From Planctomycetota bacterium (GTDB lineage: Bacteria > Planctomycetota > JAMOSO01): DNA of 64,000 bases. The stretch is taken from contig JAMOSO010000003.1 of the NCBI GenBank assembly GCA_027063065.1, forward strand, positions 1,524-65,523. The letters are read 5' to 3'. The notes below the pieces were generated by a model, which had not been told where the DNA came from, did not search any database, and was given only the letters and a program-made list of their open reading frames with translations. The translations under genes were made by a program, and so were the position numbers. Positions within the stretch are counted from its first letter, which is position 1. Each line of letters opens with the position of its first letter. This document shows, in pieces, positions 1-10,552 of the stretch.

Positions 1-663
1 AACAGCGCATTCATTTAAGGCCTCTTCTGGAGAAATACTACCGTCAGTAGTAATATCCAGTGTCAAGCGATCGTAATTTTGATCGCGTCCAACACGAGTT
101 TTAGATACAGAATACTTAACATTTGTAATTGGGCTAAATATAGAATCAATATAAATTAAACCTAACGCCTTATCTCCACGGGTTTCATGTTCTTCAGAAG
201 GTTCGTATCCACGACCCTTCTTCACTAAAATTTCACCATTAAAAGAGATATCTTCGGTAAGTGTTGCAATAACTAAATCTGGATTTGCTATTGAACAATT
301 ATGATCACAAATAAGATCGCCAGCTAAAATATCTCCAGCTCCTGTTTTCTCGATACGAATTACTGATGGCTCTTCACTATCTAGGCGAACAACCAATTTT
401 TTGATATTTAACATAATTTCAGCAACGTCTTGATAAACACCATCGATAGTTGCAAATTCATGTGACGCGCCTTCGATACGTACAGCGTACGGAGCTGCAC
501 CTTCAATGCTACCTAACAAAACACGACGTAATGAATTTCCAATAGTATGCCCAAAGCCATACTCAAAAGGTTCTACTACAAAACTGCCAAAGTTATCGGT
601 ACGTGTGGCTTCATCACAAATCACTCGTGAAGGAAGCTCAAATCCGTTCCATCTAATTCTCAT
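1..663 (-). CDS. rpoA: DNA-directed RNA polymerase alpha subunit, N-terminal part (C-terminus lies beyond window start)
   Basis: Reverse-strand translation from ATG (complement of 661-663) gives MRIRWNGFELPSRVICDEATRTDNFGSFVVEPFEYGFGHTIGNSLRRVLLGSIEGAAPY..., a typical RpoA N-terminal domain. AGGAG RBS 5 nt upstream. Sits downstream of rpsK as in canonical alpha operon. No stop before position 1. Confidence 0.85.
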   Translation of the reverse strand, partial: MRIRWNGFELPSRVICDEATRTDNFGSFVVEPFEYGFGHTIGNSLRRVLLGSIEGAAPYAVRIEGASHEFATIDGVYQDVAEIMLNIKKLVVRLDSEEPSVIRIEKTGAGDILAGDLICDHNCSIANPDLVIATLTEDISFNGEILVKKGRGYEPSEEHETRGDKALGLIYIDSIFSPITNVKYSVSKTRVGRDQNYDRLTLDITTDGSISPEEALNECAV

Positions 664-691
664 TCTATCTCCTAATTCGAGATCAAAATAA

Positions 692-1072
692 CTAAACGCG
701 TCGTTTCTTTTTAGGACGACAACCGTTATGAGGTAGCGGTGTTACATCCTCGATTGAACGAATCGTAAGACCACGGGTTTCAAGAGCACGGATTGCAGAT
801 TCACGTCCTGCACCTGGTCCATTGACTCTGACATCTAATTCGGCCAAGCCAAAATTACGAGCTTCTTCAGCTGCAATTTCAGCAGTGCGTTGACCAGCAT
901 AAGGTGTACTTTTACGAGAACCCTTAAAACCACATCCACCAGCTGTTTTCCAGCATAGTATATCACCTTCTTGTGTTCCAATTGAAACAATTGTGTTATT
1001 AAAACTTGCTTTAATAAATGCAACACCACGGCGCACATTTTTAGAAGTTTTTTTCTTAGTGTATTTAGCCAT
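692..1072 (-). CDS. rpsK: 30S ribosomal protein S11
   Basis: 126 aa ORF, conserved S11 sequence ([16 protein letters not shown]...). Position between rpsM and rpoA. Confidence 0.95.
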   Translation of the reverse strand: MAKYTKKKTSKNVRRGVAFIKASFNNTIVSIGTQEGDILCWKTAGGCGFKGSRKSTPYAGQRTAEIAAEEARNFGLAELDVRVNGPGAGRESAIRALETRGLTIRSIEDVTPLPHNGCRPKKKRRV

Positions 1073-1074
1073 GC

Positions 1075-1443
1075 TTATCCTTTCTTACCTGTTACTGTTT
1101 TACGCTTACCTTTACGGGTACGAGCATTAGTTTTGGTACGTTGACCATTTACAGGTAATCCACGAATGTGGCGAAAACCACGGTAACACTTAATTTGACG
1201 CAAACGCGCGATGTTTTGTGATACTTCGCGGCGTAATTGACCTTCGACATTATATTGATCCGTCAACAAAGTATTAATTTTGTAAACTTCATCATCACTT
1301 AATTTGTGGGCACGCAGATTAGGATCAAGACCCATCTGGCCGATAATTTTACGCGAAGTTGTCAAACCAATACCATAAATATAAGTAAGTGAAACTTCTA
1401 AACGTTTATTATCGGGAATATCTACACCAGCTATTCTTGGCAC
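1075..1443 (-). CDS. rpsM: 30S ribosomal protein S13
   Basis: 122 aa, [26 protein letters not shown]... classic S13. Confidence 0.95.
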   Translation of the reverse strand: MPRIAGVDIPDNKRLEVSLTYIYGIGLTTSRKIIGQMGLDPNLRAHKLSDDEVYKINTLLTDQYNVEGQLRREVSQNIARLRQIKCYRGFRHIRGLPVNGQRTKTNARTRKGKRKTVTGKKG

Positions 1444-1458
1444 AATACTACTCCTTAA

Positions 1459-1572
1459 TTAACCCTGACGCTGCTTATGGCGTGGGTTGGTACAAATAAC
1501 TCTAACGCTACCATGGCGTTTAATAATTTTACAGTTTTCGCAAATGCGTTTTACTGAGGCTCTAACTTTCAT
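1459..1572 (-). CDS. rpmJ: 50S ribosomal protein L36
   Basis: Not in ORF track (<60 aa). Reverse translation gives [37 protein letters not shown] (37 aa) with C-x2-C...C-x4-H zinc ribbon. Sits between secY and rpsM. Confidence 0.85.
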   Translation of the reverse strand: MKVRASVKRICENCKIIKRHGSVRVICTNPRHKQRQG

Positions 1573-1584
1573 TTTCTTTCTCGC

Positions 1585-2904
1585 TTAAATTCTACCGCGT
1601 ACGCGGGAGTTTCCCATAAAGCCATCATAATGATGGGTCACCAACATAGACTCAATTTTTTGAATAACATCTAATCCTACACCAACTACAATCAATAGTC
1701 CAGTGCCACCAAAAAAACCAGTCACTGCATAGGAGACATTAAATCCTTTAATCATAAAAAGAGGCATAATTGCAATAGCCGCAAAAAATATTGCGCCAGC
1801 AAAAGTTATGCGTGTCATGATATATTCTAAAAAATCTGCAGTAGCTTTTCCAGGACGAATACCAGGAATAAAACTACCATTTTGTTTCATGTTTTCACCA
1901 ATTTCTTTTGGATTAAAGATTATTGCAGTATAGAAAAAACAGAAAAATATTATAAGCACAACGTAAGCAGTATTATATAAAAAAGACTGCATACCGAAGA
2001 GCTCTGGATAATCCGGCAAGAGCTGATTAAAAGCCCAAGCTGGCACTATTAACAAGGCCTGAGCAAAAATGATGGGTATTACTCCAGCATGATTTACTCT
2101 CAATGGAAGATAAGTGGTGTTACCACTATCAACACGTGAAACCTTTGCCTGTTGAACAGGCACACGACGCTGTGCTTGAGTAATAGCCACTACGCCGTAA
2201 ACGATTAAAAAGAACAAAGCAACTAAAACAGCTAATTTACCTGGACCAAAACTTGAGCTTCCATCCATAGAAAAATTACTTGCTATTTCAACTACTGCTA
2301 CAGGAGCAGATGAAATAATACTTGCCATAATAATCATTGATATGCCATTGGTTATACCAAAGGCTGTTATCTGCTCGCCTAACCACATTAAAAATGCAGT
2401 TCCAGCGGTCAGTGTCATTACGGAAATGATTACAAAACTAATACCTTGTTGGTCTGGAGCTACTAGTGAAAGGCTATTGCCTCCCCCACTCTGTAAACCA
2501 ACAGCTAAGAAAGTTGCCTGTATCATACAAATACCAATGGTAGCATAGCGGGTCCATTGACTAATTTTACGACGACCTGATGGTCCCTCCTTCGAAACAG
2601 CTTCCAAAGCTGGTATCACCTGAGTCAGCATTTGAAAGATAATCGAAGCAGATATATAAGGCATTATTCCTAAAGCAAAAACGGTAGCATTTCGTAAACC
2701 ACCACCGGAAAACATGTTTATCATTCCAACAAATTTACCAAAATCACCTTCGGTTAATTTTTTGAAATAAAACTCAAGAGCCGCGCTATCAATTCCAGGA
2801 AGAGTTACAAATGTTCCCAAACGATAAACGGCAACTAACGCCAGCGTAATTAATATACGCTGACGCAAGTCTTTAATCTTGAATACGTTGATGATGGATT
2901 CCAT
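1585..2904 (-). CDS. secY: preprotein translocase subunit SecY
   Basis: 439 aa multi-TM protein with SecY signature regions. Canonical position after rplO. Confidence 0.95.
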   Translation of the reverse strand: MESIINVFKIKDLRQRILITLALVAVYRLGTFVTLPGIDSAALEFYFKKLTEGDFGKFVGMINMFSGGGLRNATVFALGIMPYISASIIFQMLTQVIPALEAVSKEGPSGRRKISQWTRYATIGICMIQATFLAVGLQSGGGNSLSLVAPDQQGISFVIISVMTLTAGTAFLMWLGEQITAFGITNGISMIIMASIISSAPVAVVEIASNFSMDGSSSFGPGKLAVLVALFFLIVYGVVAITQAQRRVPVQQAKVSRVDSGNTTYLPLRVNHAGVIPIIFAQALLIVPAWAFNQLLPDYPELFGMQSFLYNTAYVVLIIFFCFFYTAIIFNPKEIGENMKQNGSFIPGIRPGKATADFLEYIMTRITFAGAIFFAAIAIMPLFMIKGFNVSYAVTGFFGGTGLLIVVGVGLDVIQKIESMLVTHHYDGFMGNSRVRGRI

Positions 2905-2914
2905 ATTAAATTAA

Positions 2915-3361
2915 TTAACCTTGAACCTTAGTTGTTCCACCAGCTGCTTCAATTTTAGATAAAGCACCTTCTGTGAATTTGGCAGCAACAACTGTCAACT
3001 TCTTGGTCAAATCACCATTGCCTAATACTTTTAAGCGAGCCTCACCTTTTTTGATGATGCCTTTTGCTAATAGCATTTCAGCTGTAACTTCTGTGCCATT
3101 ATCAAAAATTTCTAAGGCACTAACATTTATTGTGCGGAACAATTTCATATAACGTTTATTAGTAAAACCAATTTTAGGAATACGCCTAAACAATGATGTC
3201 GTACCACCTGCAAATGTCATCTTAATAGACGCACCTGTACGTGATTTCTGACCATTAGCACCGCGACCTGCAGTCTTGCCCCAACCAGAAGATTCGCCAC
3301 GACCTATACGACGACGCTTCTTGTGTGCAGACCATTCATTTTTAGCTTGAGATAAATTCAT
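2915..3361 (-). CDS. rplO: 50S ribosomal protein L15
   Basis: 148 aa, Gly/Arg-rich N-terminus typical of L15. Operon position. Confidence 0.9.
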   Translation of the reverse strand: MNLSQAKNEWSAHKKRRRIGRGESSGWGKTAGRGANGQKSRTGASIKMTFAGGTTSLFRRIPKIGFTNKRYMKLFRTINVSALEIFDNGTEVTAEMLLAKGIIKKGEARLKVLGNGDLTKKLTVVAAKFTEGALSKIEAAGGTTKVQG

Positions 3362-3371
3362 AATTACTCTC

Positions 3372-3887
3372 TTAAAGTTTTACACCACGAAGGCGTTCAA
3401 CATGCTCTTTAGTTTTTAATTGATTCAAAGCCTTAACTGTTGCTTTAGCAACATTCATAGGATTCCGAGAACCATATACTTTAGTAAGTACATCTTTTAT
3501 TCCGGTAGCTTCCACTAAATCACGTACCGCAGCTGATGCAATTACACCTGTTCCAGATGAAGCAGGGATAAGTCGAACATAAGATGTTCCTACCTTAGCT
3601 TCAACTTGAAAAGGTATGGTATCACCACTTAATGCAACTTTACGGATATTTTTTCTACCATCCTTACTAGCTTTTTGTATGGCACCAGCAACCATGCTGT
3701 CTTTACCATAACCAATACCAACATTGCCATTGCCATCACCGACAACCACTGTTGCTGCAAAGCTGAAACTACGTCCGCCTTTAGCTACAGAAGCATTGCG
3801 ATTGATATGTACAACGCGTTCGTCGTATTCTATACCGTCTGACTTCTTTTCATTACGTTTATCATTACGTCTGTCTTGTTTTGCCAT
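3372..3887 (-). CDS. rpsE: 30S ribosomal protein S5
   Basis: 171 aa, S5 dsRBD-like and C-terminal domain motifs (VVHINRNASVAKGGRSFSF...). Confidence 0.95.
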   Translation of the reverse strand: MAKQDRRNDKRNEKKSDGIEYDERVVHINRNASVAKGGRSFSFAATVVVGDGNGNVGIGYGKDSMVAGAIQKASKDGRKNIRKVALSGDTIPFQVEAKVGTSYVRLIPASSGTGVIASAAVRDLVEATGIKDVLTKVYGSRNPMNVAKATVKALNQLKTKEHVERLRGVKL

Positions 3888-3896
3888 ATTTAATCC

Positions 3897-4268
3897 TTAA
3901 AAGTCTAGACCACCCTCGCGGGCTCCATCGGCTAAAGCCTTAACACGGCCATGATAAAGATAACCAGAGCGATCGAACACTACTTTCTCAATATTCTTTT
4001 CTTTGGCTAGCTCGGCAATCATTTTGCCAAGTTCAGCTGCTGCACTCATATTTCCTTTAGATCCACTTATGCGTTCGGCAACACTTTTAGAAAGAGTTGA
4101 TAACCCAACCAAAGTTTGTCCTGTTTCGTCATTAATGATTTGCACTGACATATTTTGCAGTGAACGATTAACACTCATACGAGGACGCAAAGCAGTTCCA
4201 GACACACTATTTCTAATATGCCATTTACGACGCTGTTTAAGCATTTTTTTTCTTTTTTGCTGTTTCAT
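3897..4268 (-). CDS. rplR: 50S ribosomal protein L18
   Basis: 123 aa, basic N-terminus, L18 family. Operon position. Confidence 0.9.
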   Translation of the reverse strand: MKQQKRKKMLKQRRKWHIRNSVSGTALRPRMSVNRSLQNMSVQIINDETGQTLVGLSTLSKSVAERISGSKGNMSAAAELGKMIAELAKEKNIEKVVFDRSGYLYHGRVKALADGAREGGLDF

Positions 4269-4282
4269 TTCGTTAGCCTACC

Positions 4283-4831
4283 TTATTTAGCAAAAGACTT
4301 ACCCGCTTTACGACGGATAATTTCATCAGAATAACGAATACCTTTACCTTTATATGGTTCAGGTTTACGAATTGCGCGAATATCAGCAGCTGTTTGTCCT
4401 AATACTTGTTTGTCACAACCTTTTAGGATTATTTCAGTATTACTTGGTAATTCAGCACTAATGCCTTCGGCCAATTCATGTATTACAGGATGACAAAAGC
4501 CTATCTGAAATTCAATCTTTCTACCTTTTAAGGCAGCACGATAACCAACACCTTCTATAAGAAGTCTCTTGGTAAACTGTTCACTTACACCAATAACCAT
4601 ATTAGTTATTAGTCGATAATAAGTGCCCTGTAGGGCTTTTTGAGAAACATCCTCTTGGTCAGTGCGATCCACAGTTAGACTATTTCCATCTTCGGCAACA
4701 GTAGCAGTAATACCACCTGTCAAATCTAGTGTTAGTTCACCGTGTTTGCCCTTGACCGTTATGGAGTTTCCGCTCATTACGGCGTCTACTCCAGCAGGAA
4801 GCATCATGGGTTTTTTAGCGATTCTTGACAT
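4283..4831 (-). CDS. rplF: 50S ribosomal protein L6
   Basis: ORF track extends to 4888, but the conserved L6 N-terminus MSRIAKKPMMLP begins at the internal Met (start 4831), leaving an 8-nt gap to rpsH. Confidence 0.9.
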   Translation of the reverse strand: MSRIAKKPMMLPAGVDAVMSGNSITVKGKHGELTLDLTGGITATVAEDGNSLTVDRTDQEDVSQKALQGTYYRLITNMVIGVSEQFTKRLLIEGVGYRAALKGRKIEFQIGFCHPVIHELAEGISAELPSNTEIILKGCDKQVLGQTAADIRAIRKPEPYKGKGIRYSDEIIRRKAGKSFAK

Positions 4832-4839
4832 TATATTCC

Positions 4840-5238
4840 TTAAAAGACGGTCGCGAGGATTTCGCCACCAACTGCCCTTTGACGACACTCTTTGTCGCTT
4901 ATAATACCTTGTGAAGTGCTTACGATATCGATACCAAAACCATTGCGCACAGGGCGTAATTGATCTTTAGTGGCATACATACGACATCCAGGCTTAGATA
5001 CACGTTTAATTTCAGTTATTACGCGTTCTTTTTCTTCACCATACTTCAAGGTTATCTTGATAGAGTTCTGAGGTTTTGCTTCAACGATTTGAAAATCATT
5101 GATAAAACCTTCTTTCTTAAGTACTTCCAACATTCCAATTTTTACTTTGGATGCAGGTACTTCAGTATGATTATATCCACGCATATTAGCATTGCGGATA
5201 CTAGTCAACATATTAGCGATGGGGTCACTTAAGCTCAT
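4840..5238 (-). CDS. rpsH: 30S ribosomal protein S8
   Basis: 132 aa, MSLSDPIANMLTSIRNANM... classic S8. Confidence 0.95.
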   Translation of the reverse strand: MSLSDPIANMLTSIRNANMRGYNHTEVPASKVKIGMLEVLKKEGFINDFQIVEAKPQNSIKITLKYGEEKERVITEIKRVSKPGCRMYATKDQLRPVRNGFGIDIVSTSQGIISDKECRQRAVGGEILATVF

Positions 5239-5247
5239 TGCTACTCC

Positions 5248-5433
5248 TTACCAGCTCGACTTACGAACACCTGGGATTTCTCCCTCTAGTGCCAGTTTGC
5301 GAAAACAACATCTACAGATTTTAAATTTGCGATAGACCGAACGAGGGCGACCACAAAGCTGACAACGAGTATATTCGCGTGAGCTAAACTTCTGCTTTTT
5401 ATTACACTTTTCAATTAGTGCTTTTCTAGCCAT
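5248..5433 (-). CDS. rpsN: 30S ribosomal protein S14, zinc-binding type Z (61 aa)
   Basis: 61 aa with C-x2-C ... C-x2-C ([20 protein letters not shown]). Operon position between rplE and rpsH. Confidence 0.9.
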   Translation of the reverse strand: MARKALIEKCNKKQKFSSREYTRCQLCGRPRSVYRKFKICRCCFRKLALEGEIPGVRKSSW

Positions 5434-5442
5434 CTTGATCCT

Positions 5443-5985
5443 TTATTTCTTACGAAATGGAAAACCAATGGCTTCCATTGTCGCTAGAGATTTTTCAGCG
5501 TTAGAATTTTCAAAAACTAAAGTAATATCCATGCCAAATTCTTGATCGACATCAGCAATACTTAGTTCTGGGAAAATTGATTGCTCGGCAACTCCTAAAG
5601 AGAAATTACCAGCCTTATCGAAAGATTTACGGCTATAACCGTTAAAATCACGAATTCTAGGCATTGCAAGGGACATAAAGCGATCTAGGAAATTGTACAT
5701 GCGTTCACCACGCAATGTTACACGAGTTCCAACGGCATCGCCTTCACGAAGTTTAAAGTTAGAAACTGACATTCTAGCCTTGATTACAACAGGTTTTTGA
5801 CCTGTGATTTTACCCAAAACAGTTTGTGCAGACTCAAAACGCTTTGCTTCGTTTTTAGCTTGACCCATGCCAATATTTAAACAAATTTTGTTTAATTTTG
5901 GCGCGGCCATTTTATTTTTGATTCCAAAAGATTCACAAATCTTTGGAACAACTTCAGTGTTGAATTTTTCTTGTAGTCTAGACAT
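5443..5985 (-). CDS. rplE: 50S ribosomal protein L5
   Basis: 180 aa, conserved L5 sequence. Confidence 0.95.
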   Translation of the reverse strand: MSRLQEKFNTEVVPKICESFGIKNKMAAPKLNKICLNIGMGQAKNEAKRFESAQTVLGKITGQKPVVIKARMSVSNFKLREGDAVGTRVTLRGERMYNFLDRFMSLAMPRIRDFNGYSRKSFDKAGNFSLGVAEQSIFPELSIADVDQEFGMDITLVFENSNAEKSLATMEAIGFPFRKK

Positions 5986-5996
5986 TATCTTTCTAC

Positions 5997-6251
5997 CTAC
6001 TTGGCAGCACGTTTTGCGTCATAAACGCTTTTTAACTGCACATTAGAAATATGAATAGGACATTCTTTTTCAATGCGACCACCTTTTGGGTTAGCCTGCG
6101 TTGGTTTTAAATGCCTAAAACGTTTATTAACACCTTCGACAATAACTTTATTACTGTCGACCAGAACTTGAAGAACTGCACCTGTACGGCCTTTATTAGC
6201 ACCGGCAATTACAGTTACCTCTTCACCTTTTTTAATTTTATTAGCCATCAT
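5997..6251 (-). CDS. rplX: 50S ribosomal protein L24
   Basis: 84 aa, KOW-motif protein (IKKGEEVTVIAGANKGRTG). Confidence 0.9.
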   Translation of the reverse strand: MMANKIKKGEEVTVIAGANKGRTGAVLQVLVDSNKVIVEGVNKRFRHLKPTQANPKGGRIEKECPIHISNVQLKSVYDAKRAAK

Positions 6252-6257
6252 ATACTC

Positions 6258-6626
6258 CTAGACAACTTCTGGTGCGAGGGAAACAATCTTCATAAAAGAA
6301 CCTTTACGTAACTCACGAGCTACTGGTCCAAAAATTCTTGTTCCGCGAGGAGCACCGTTACCGTCTAAAATTACAACAGAATTGGTATCAAAACGAACAG
6401 TTGTTCCGTCGGGGCGTCTTATATCTTTCTTGGTGCGAACTATCACACCTTTTACCACTTCACCCTTCTTAACCGCAGAACGGGGCATGGCCTTCTTTAC
6501 ACTCATCACAATGACATCACCAATCTTAGCGTAACGACGCTTTGAGCCTCCAAGTACCTTAATGCACATGCATTCTTTAGCACCTGAATTATCGGCAACA
6601 TCGAGTCTTGTTTGCATTTGTATCAT
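6258..6626 (-). CDS. rplN: 50S ribosomal protein L14
   Basis: 122 aa, [18 protein letters not shown]... classic L14. Confidence 0.95.
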   Translation of the reverse strand: MIQMQTRLDVADNSGAKECMCIKVLGGSKRRYAKIGDVIVMSVKKAMPRSAVKKGEVVKGVIVRTKKDIRRPDGTTVRFDTNSVVILDGNGAPRGTRIFGPVARELRKGSFMKIVSLAPEVV

Positions 6627-6641
6627 AACAATTCTCCTGCG

Positions 6642-6911
6642 TTATAATTTAACGCTTTTTGCCTTTTCAGTGATAGAAACCAAACGCCAACGCTTAGATT
6701 TACTCATAGGACGTGTCTCCATGAATTGAACCTTATCGCCAACGAGGCTTTCATTTTTTTCGTCGTGCATAACAAAACGGCTATGACGTCTCATCACCTT
6801 CCCATATTTGGGATGACGAGCTTGACGTTCAACTTCAACCACACGGGTTTTGTCCATTTTATCTGTAACCACGGTACCTAGCATTATTTTACGTGTAGAA
6901 CGTTCTGCCAT
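6642..6911 (-). CDS. rpsQ: 30S ribosomal protein S17
   Basis: 89 aa, S17 OB-fold sequence. Operon position. Confidence 0.9.
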   Translation of the reverse strand: MAERSTRKIMLGTVVTDKMDKTRVVEVERQARHPKYGKVMRRHSRFVMHDEKNESLVGDKVQFMETRPMSKSKRWRLVSITEKAKSVKL

Positions 6912-6914
6912 GGT

Positions 6915-7118
6915 TTAATCCTTTTTCTCTAATTCGCGTTCACGGATAACCGTTTTAACACGAGCAATGTCTTTTTTTATTACACCAAGTCGTGACACAG
7001 CCACGTCTTGAGAAGCAGTAGCAAGTTGAAAACGAAGATTAAATAACTCTTTTGCAAGAGAACCTTCGAGACTTACTAATTCATCGGCACTTTTGCTACG
7101 AATCTCAGATGGTTTCAT
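6915..7118 (-). CDS. rpmC: 50S ribosomal protein L29
   Basis: 67 aa helical protein between rplP and rpsQ. Overlaps rplP 3' end by 14 nt. Confidence 0.85.
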   Translation of the reverse strand: MKPSEIRSKSADELVSLEGSLAKELFNLRFQLATASQDVAVSRLGVIKKDIARVKTVIRERELEKKD

Positions 7119-7530
7119 CGTTATACCTCTTTACCATTCTAACTCTAATTGGAAGCTTATGTGCTTGACGACGAAATACTTCACGAGCAATTTCTTCAGA
7201 AACACCTTTAAGCTCAAAAAGTATAGTGCCAGGCTTAACAACAGCCGCCCAATAATCAACTTCACCTTTACCTTTACCCATTCGTGTTTCTGCAGCTGTT
7301 GCAGTAACAGGTTTATGAGGAAATATGCGAATAAACAATTTGCCTTCACCACCTGTAAAATGTGCACAAGTTAGACGACAAGATTCAATTTGACGACCAG
7401 AAATCCAAGCGTTTTCTAAAGATTGCATTCCATAATCGCCATAAGCAACATAGTGACCTTTGGCAGCTACACCTTTGTTAGAGCCGCGCATTTGTTTACG
7501 GTATTTAACTCGCTTTGGCATTAGGGCCAT
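7105..7530 (-). CDS. rplP: 50S ribosomal protein L16
   Basis: 141 aa, MALMPKRVKYRKQMRG... classic L16. Confidence 0.95.
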   Translation of the reverse strand: MALMPKRVKYRKQMRGSNKGVAAKGHYVAYGDYGMQSLENAWISGRQIESCRLTCAHFTGGEGKLFIRIFPHKPVTATAAETRMGKGKGEVDYWAAVVKPGTILFELKGVSEEIAREVFRRQAHKLPIRVRMVKRYNDETI

Positions 7531-8194
7531 TTTTGCTCCGTTCCTCTGCGTTACTCATATCAAGAATTCCTTTGAATATCCAAACCTTTACACCTAAGTC
7601 TCCATAGGTTGTAATTGCGTTTGTATAACCATAATCAATATCGGCATCCAAAGTAGACAGCGGCAATGCTCCCTCTTGAATAACCTCAGCACGTGCGATG
7701 TCCGCTCCATTTAAACGACCAGCAACACGGATTTTAATACCCAATGCACCTGATTCCATAGAGAGATCACGAGCTCTTTGCATAACACGGCGAAAAGATC
7801 CGCGGCGTTCCAACTGTTGAGCAATATTGGCAGATACCAATTTTGCATCTAAAGAAGGTTTAGCAACTTCATTGATTTTGATGTTTACCTTGCATTTTGT
7901 TAGCTTGGCAACTTCAGCGCGTAAAGCATCGATATCACGACCTTTAGGACCTATAATAAGTCCTGGACGTTCGGTGCTAATGGTCATTACGAGTTCTTCA
8001 TCACCACCGATTGGGCGGCGTTCGATCTCGATCTTAGAGATACCAGCGTGTGATAACTTCTTGTTAGTGAAGCGTTTGATCTTTTGATCTTCTACGAGCT
8101 TATCGCCAAACTCGTACTTACTGGCACTCCAACGGGATTTCCAAGGACGTGTATATCCAAGACGAAATCCGTAGGGATGTGTTTTTTGTCCCAC
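7505..8194 (-). CDS. rpsC: 30S ribosomal protein S3
   Basis: 229 aa, MGQKTHPYGFRLGYTRPW... KH domain, classic S3. Confidence 0.95.
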   Translation of the reverse strand: MGQKTHPYGFRLGYTRPWKSRWSASKYEFGDKLVEDQKIKRFTNKKLSHAGISKIEIERRPIGGDEELVMTISTERPGLIIGPKGRDIDALRAEVAKLTKCKVNIKINEVAKPSLDAKLVSANIAQQLERRGSFRRVMQRARDLSMESGALGIKIRVAGRLNGADIARAEVIQEGALPLSTLDADIDYGYTNAITTYGDLGVKVWIFKGILDMSNAEERSKNGPNAKAS

Positions 8195-8197
8195 CTA

Positions 8198-8536
8198 CTA
8201 CTCCTTTCCTGATGAAAGTTCAATGGTTATATGGCTAGTTCGCTTACGAATCGGTGTCGCGCGCCCCTGAGCCCTTGCAATAAAACGATGGATGGTGGGT
8301 CCTTCGTCGGCGAATGCCTTGCTGATGAACAAATCATCCACATTAGGATCATCTTTTTCAACAGCATTGGCCACGGCAGATTTAACTACCTTTGTTATCA
8401 TATAAGCCGCACGTTTTGGCAAGCTATCTAGAATCTCTAACGATTGATTGGCATTTTTACCACGAATCGCATCAAGAACTAAACGTACCTTACGAGCTGA
8501 CATACGAGCATTTTTATGTTGTGCTACATAACTCAT
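8198..8536 (-). CDS. rplV: 50S ribosomal protein L22
   Basis: 112 aa, L22 family. Operon position. Confidence 0.9.
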   Translation of the reverse strand: MSYVAQHKNARMSARKVRLVLDAIRGKNANQSLEILDSLPKRAAYMITKVVKSAVANAVEKDDPNVDDLFISKAFADEGPTIHRFIARAQGRATPIRKRTSHITIELSSGKE

Positions 8537-8545
8537 TCTTTACCC

Positions 8546-8806
8546 TTATTTTTTCTTATGTCCACGGAATGTGCGTGTTGGCGCAAATTCACCTAATTTG
8601 TGACTTACCATCATTTCAGTAATAGCGACATCAACAAATTTGTTACCACAATGAATTGAAAAAGTACAACCAACAAAATCTGGGATAATTGTACAGGCTC
8701 GAGCCCAAGTCTTAATGGGTTTTTTATTTCCCTCAGCTTTAGCTTTCTCAACTTTTTTAATTAACTTGAGGTCAACTGCGGGACCTTTTTTTATAGATCT
8801 ACTCAT
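8546..8806 (-). CDS. rpsS: 30S ribosomal protein S19
   Basis: 86 aa, [15 protein letters not shown]... classic S19. Confidence 0.95.
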   Translation of the reverse strand: MSRSIKKGPAVDLKLIKKVEKAKAEGNKKPIKTWARACTIIPDFVGCTFSIHCGNKFVDVAITEMMVSHKLGEFAPTRTFRGHKKK

Positions 8807-9636
8807 TAGGATCTCCCACGACGATGTCGCACAACAAATGTATTAGTAAGTGATTTAGCTTTTCTGGTACGACCACCTTTGGCGTATATACCAGTTGGAG
8901 AACAAGGATGTCCACCAGAGTTACGGTCTTCACCACCACCCATTGGGTGATCAACTGGATTTTGAGCTGTACCACGAACTGTTGGCCTCCAACCTCTCCA
9001 GCGATTACGTCCAGCCTTACCCTGTTTTACTAAAGAATAATCTTTATTTCCAACAGTACCGACTGTAGCGCGAGCTAATCCTGAGATACGTCTAACAGCA
9101 CCAGATGGCAATGTAACTTGAACCCAAGTACCATCTTCATCTTTAGCTGATAATTTTGCCCACGAACCGGCACTACGCGCCAAACTAGCGCCTTTACCAG
9201 GTTCCGTCTCAACAGCATGTATAGTATACCCTACTGGTATATTACGCATTTCCATTGCATTTCCAACCTCTGGTTCAACTTTTGAACCACTTAGCAAAAC
9301 TTGACCTACTTCAAGATTTTGTGGCGCAATAATATAACGTTTTTCACCATCGGCATAATGCAAAAGAGCAATGTTTGAAGAACGATTTGGATCATATTCA
9401 ATAGTAGCAACAGTGGCTGGCACATTATCTTTAGTACGCTTAAAATCAATAATACGATACTTACGAGCATGACCGCCACCGCGATGACGTACTGTTATGC
9501 GACCTGTATTATTACGGCCGCCGTTTTTCTTTAAGGTTTCAACGAGGCTTTTTTCTGGTGTATCAGTAGTGATTTCTGCGAAATCAAGACTGGTCATGCC
9601 ACGTCTTCCTGGTGTATTTGGCTTATACTTTTTCAT
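8806..9636 (-). CDS. rplB: 50S ribosomal protein L2
   Basis: 276 aa, conserved L2 motifs (GGGHARKYR..., [11 protein letters not shown]). Confidence 0.95.
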   Translation of the reverse strand: MKKYKPNTPGRRGMTSLDFAEITTDTPEKSLVETLKKNGGRNNTGRITVRHRGGGHARKYRIIDFKRTKDNVPATVATIEYDPNRSSNIALLHYADGEKRYIIAPQNLEVGQVLLSGSKVEPEVGNAMEMRNIPVGYTIHAVETEPGKGASLARSAGSWAKLSAKDEDGTWVQVTLPSGAVRRISGLARATVGTVGNKDYSLVKQGKAGRNRWRGWRPTVRGTAQNPVDHPMGGGEDRNSGGHPCSPTGIYAKGGRTRKAKSLTNTFVVRHRRGRS

Positions 9637-9637
9637 T

Positions 9638-9919
9638 TTATACGAACTCTATTGAGTTATCCTTATTCAAAGTAACATAAGCTTTTTTCACTTGTGCGCT
9701 GCGTCCGTAACCACCTTTACGATTGCGACGCTTTGCAGCGTGACAAACAATAGTGCGTACATTTTCAACTTTTACAGAAAAAAGCTCTTCTATAGCTTTT
9801 CCAATTTGGATCTTATTGGCACGCTTATCAACCTCAAAAGGATACGTATTTTGAGTATTGATCATAGTCATGCCCTTTTCACTTACGATAGGACGTTTTA
9901 CAATTTCATGTGCTTTCAT
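9638..9919 (-). CDS. rplW: 50S ribosomal protein L23
   Basis: 93 aa, L23 family. Operon position. Confidence 0.9.
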   Translation of the reverse strand: MKAHEIVKRPIVSEKGMTMINTQNTYPFEVDKRANKIQIGKAIEELFSVKVENVRTIVCHAAKRRNRKGGYGRSAQVKKAYVTLNKDNSIEFV

Positions 9920-10542
9920 TATTTAGCCGCCTTTTCAACTGCTTGAGTTATACCTTCTTTAGAGAAGATAGTAACTTCATTGTTGAGAATATCATAAGCA
10001 TTTAATTCAGATGCAACCCGAACTTCAACACGAGGAATATTACGAAAACTTTTTACAAGATTTTCATTATAACCTTCTGAAACAACTAAAACACGTTTAG
10101 ATGCTTTGAAATTATTCAGAATTGCTACTGCTTCTTTGGTTTTTGGAGCTGCAAAATCAAATGCATCAATTACTTTAACCTGAGAGTCTTGAACTTTAGA
10201 AAGAAGAGCCGATCTAACAGCAGCTTGTTTCATTTTCTTAGGAATTGTAACACTAAAATCGCGCGTACGAGGCCCCATTGCAACAGCACCGCTTCTATGA
10301 TGAGGAGCACCCTTACGACCTTGTCTTGCATTACCAGTACCTTTTTGTTTAAAGGCCTTTTTAGACGAATAAACCAAATCACGTCTTGTCAACGTATTAG
10401 CATTACCCTGACGCTGATTAGCTTCATGAGCAACCACAACTTGTTTAAGAACCACGTGATTTACTTCTTCACCTAACTTAGTTATATCTACGACCAAGGT
10501 ATCAACCTTTTCACCGTTTTTATTTAATACTTCTAGTTCCAT
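9919..10542 (-). CDS. rplD: 50S ribosomal protein L4
   Basis: 207 aa, L4 family (GTGNARQGRKGAPHHRSG). Start/stop overlap with rplW. Confidence 0.9.
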   Translation of the reverse strand: MELEVLNKNGEKVDTLVVDITKLGEEVNHVVLKQVVVAHEANQRQGNANTLTRRDLVYSSKKAFKQKGTGNARQGRKGAPHHRSGAVAMGPRTRDFSVTIPKKMKQAAVRSALLSKVQDSQVKVIDAFDFAAPKTKEAVAILNNFKASKRVLVVSEGYNENLVKSFRNIPRVEVRVASELNAYDILNNEVTIFSKEGITQAVEKAAK

Positions 10543-10552
10543 TTTCTATTCC

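Noticed and set aside
506-691. 61-aa plus-strand ORF at the start of the window
   Set aside because: Lies antisense to the clearly coding rpoA N-terminal region (minus strand, conserved RpoA sequence, good RBS). Low-complexity translation. Spurious.
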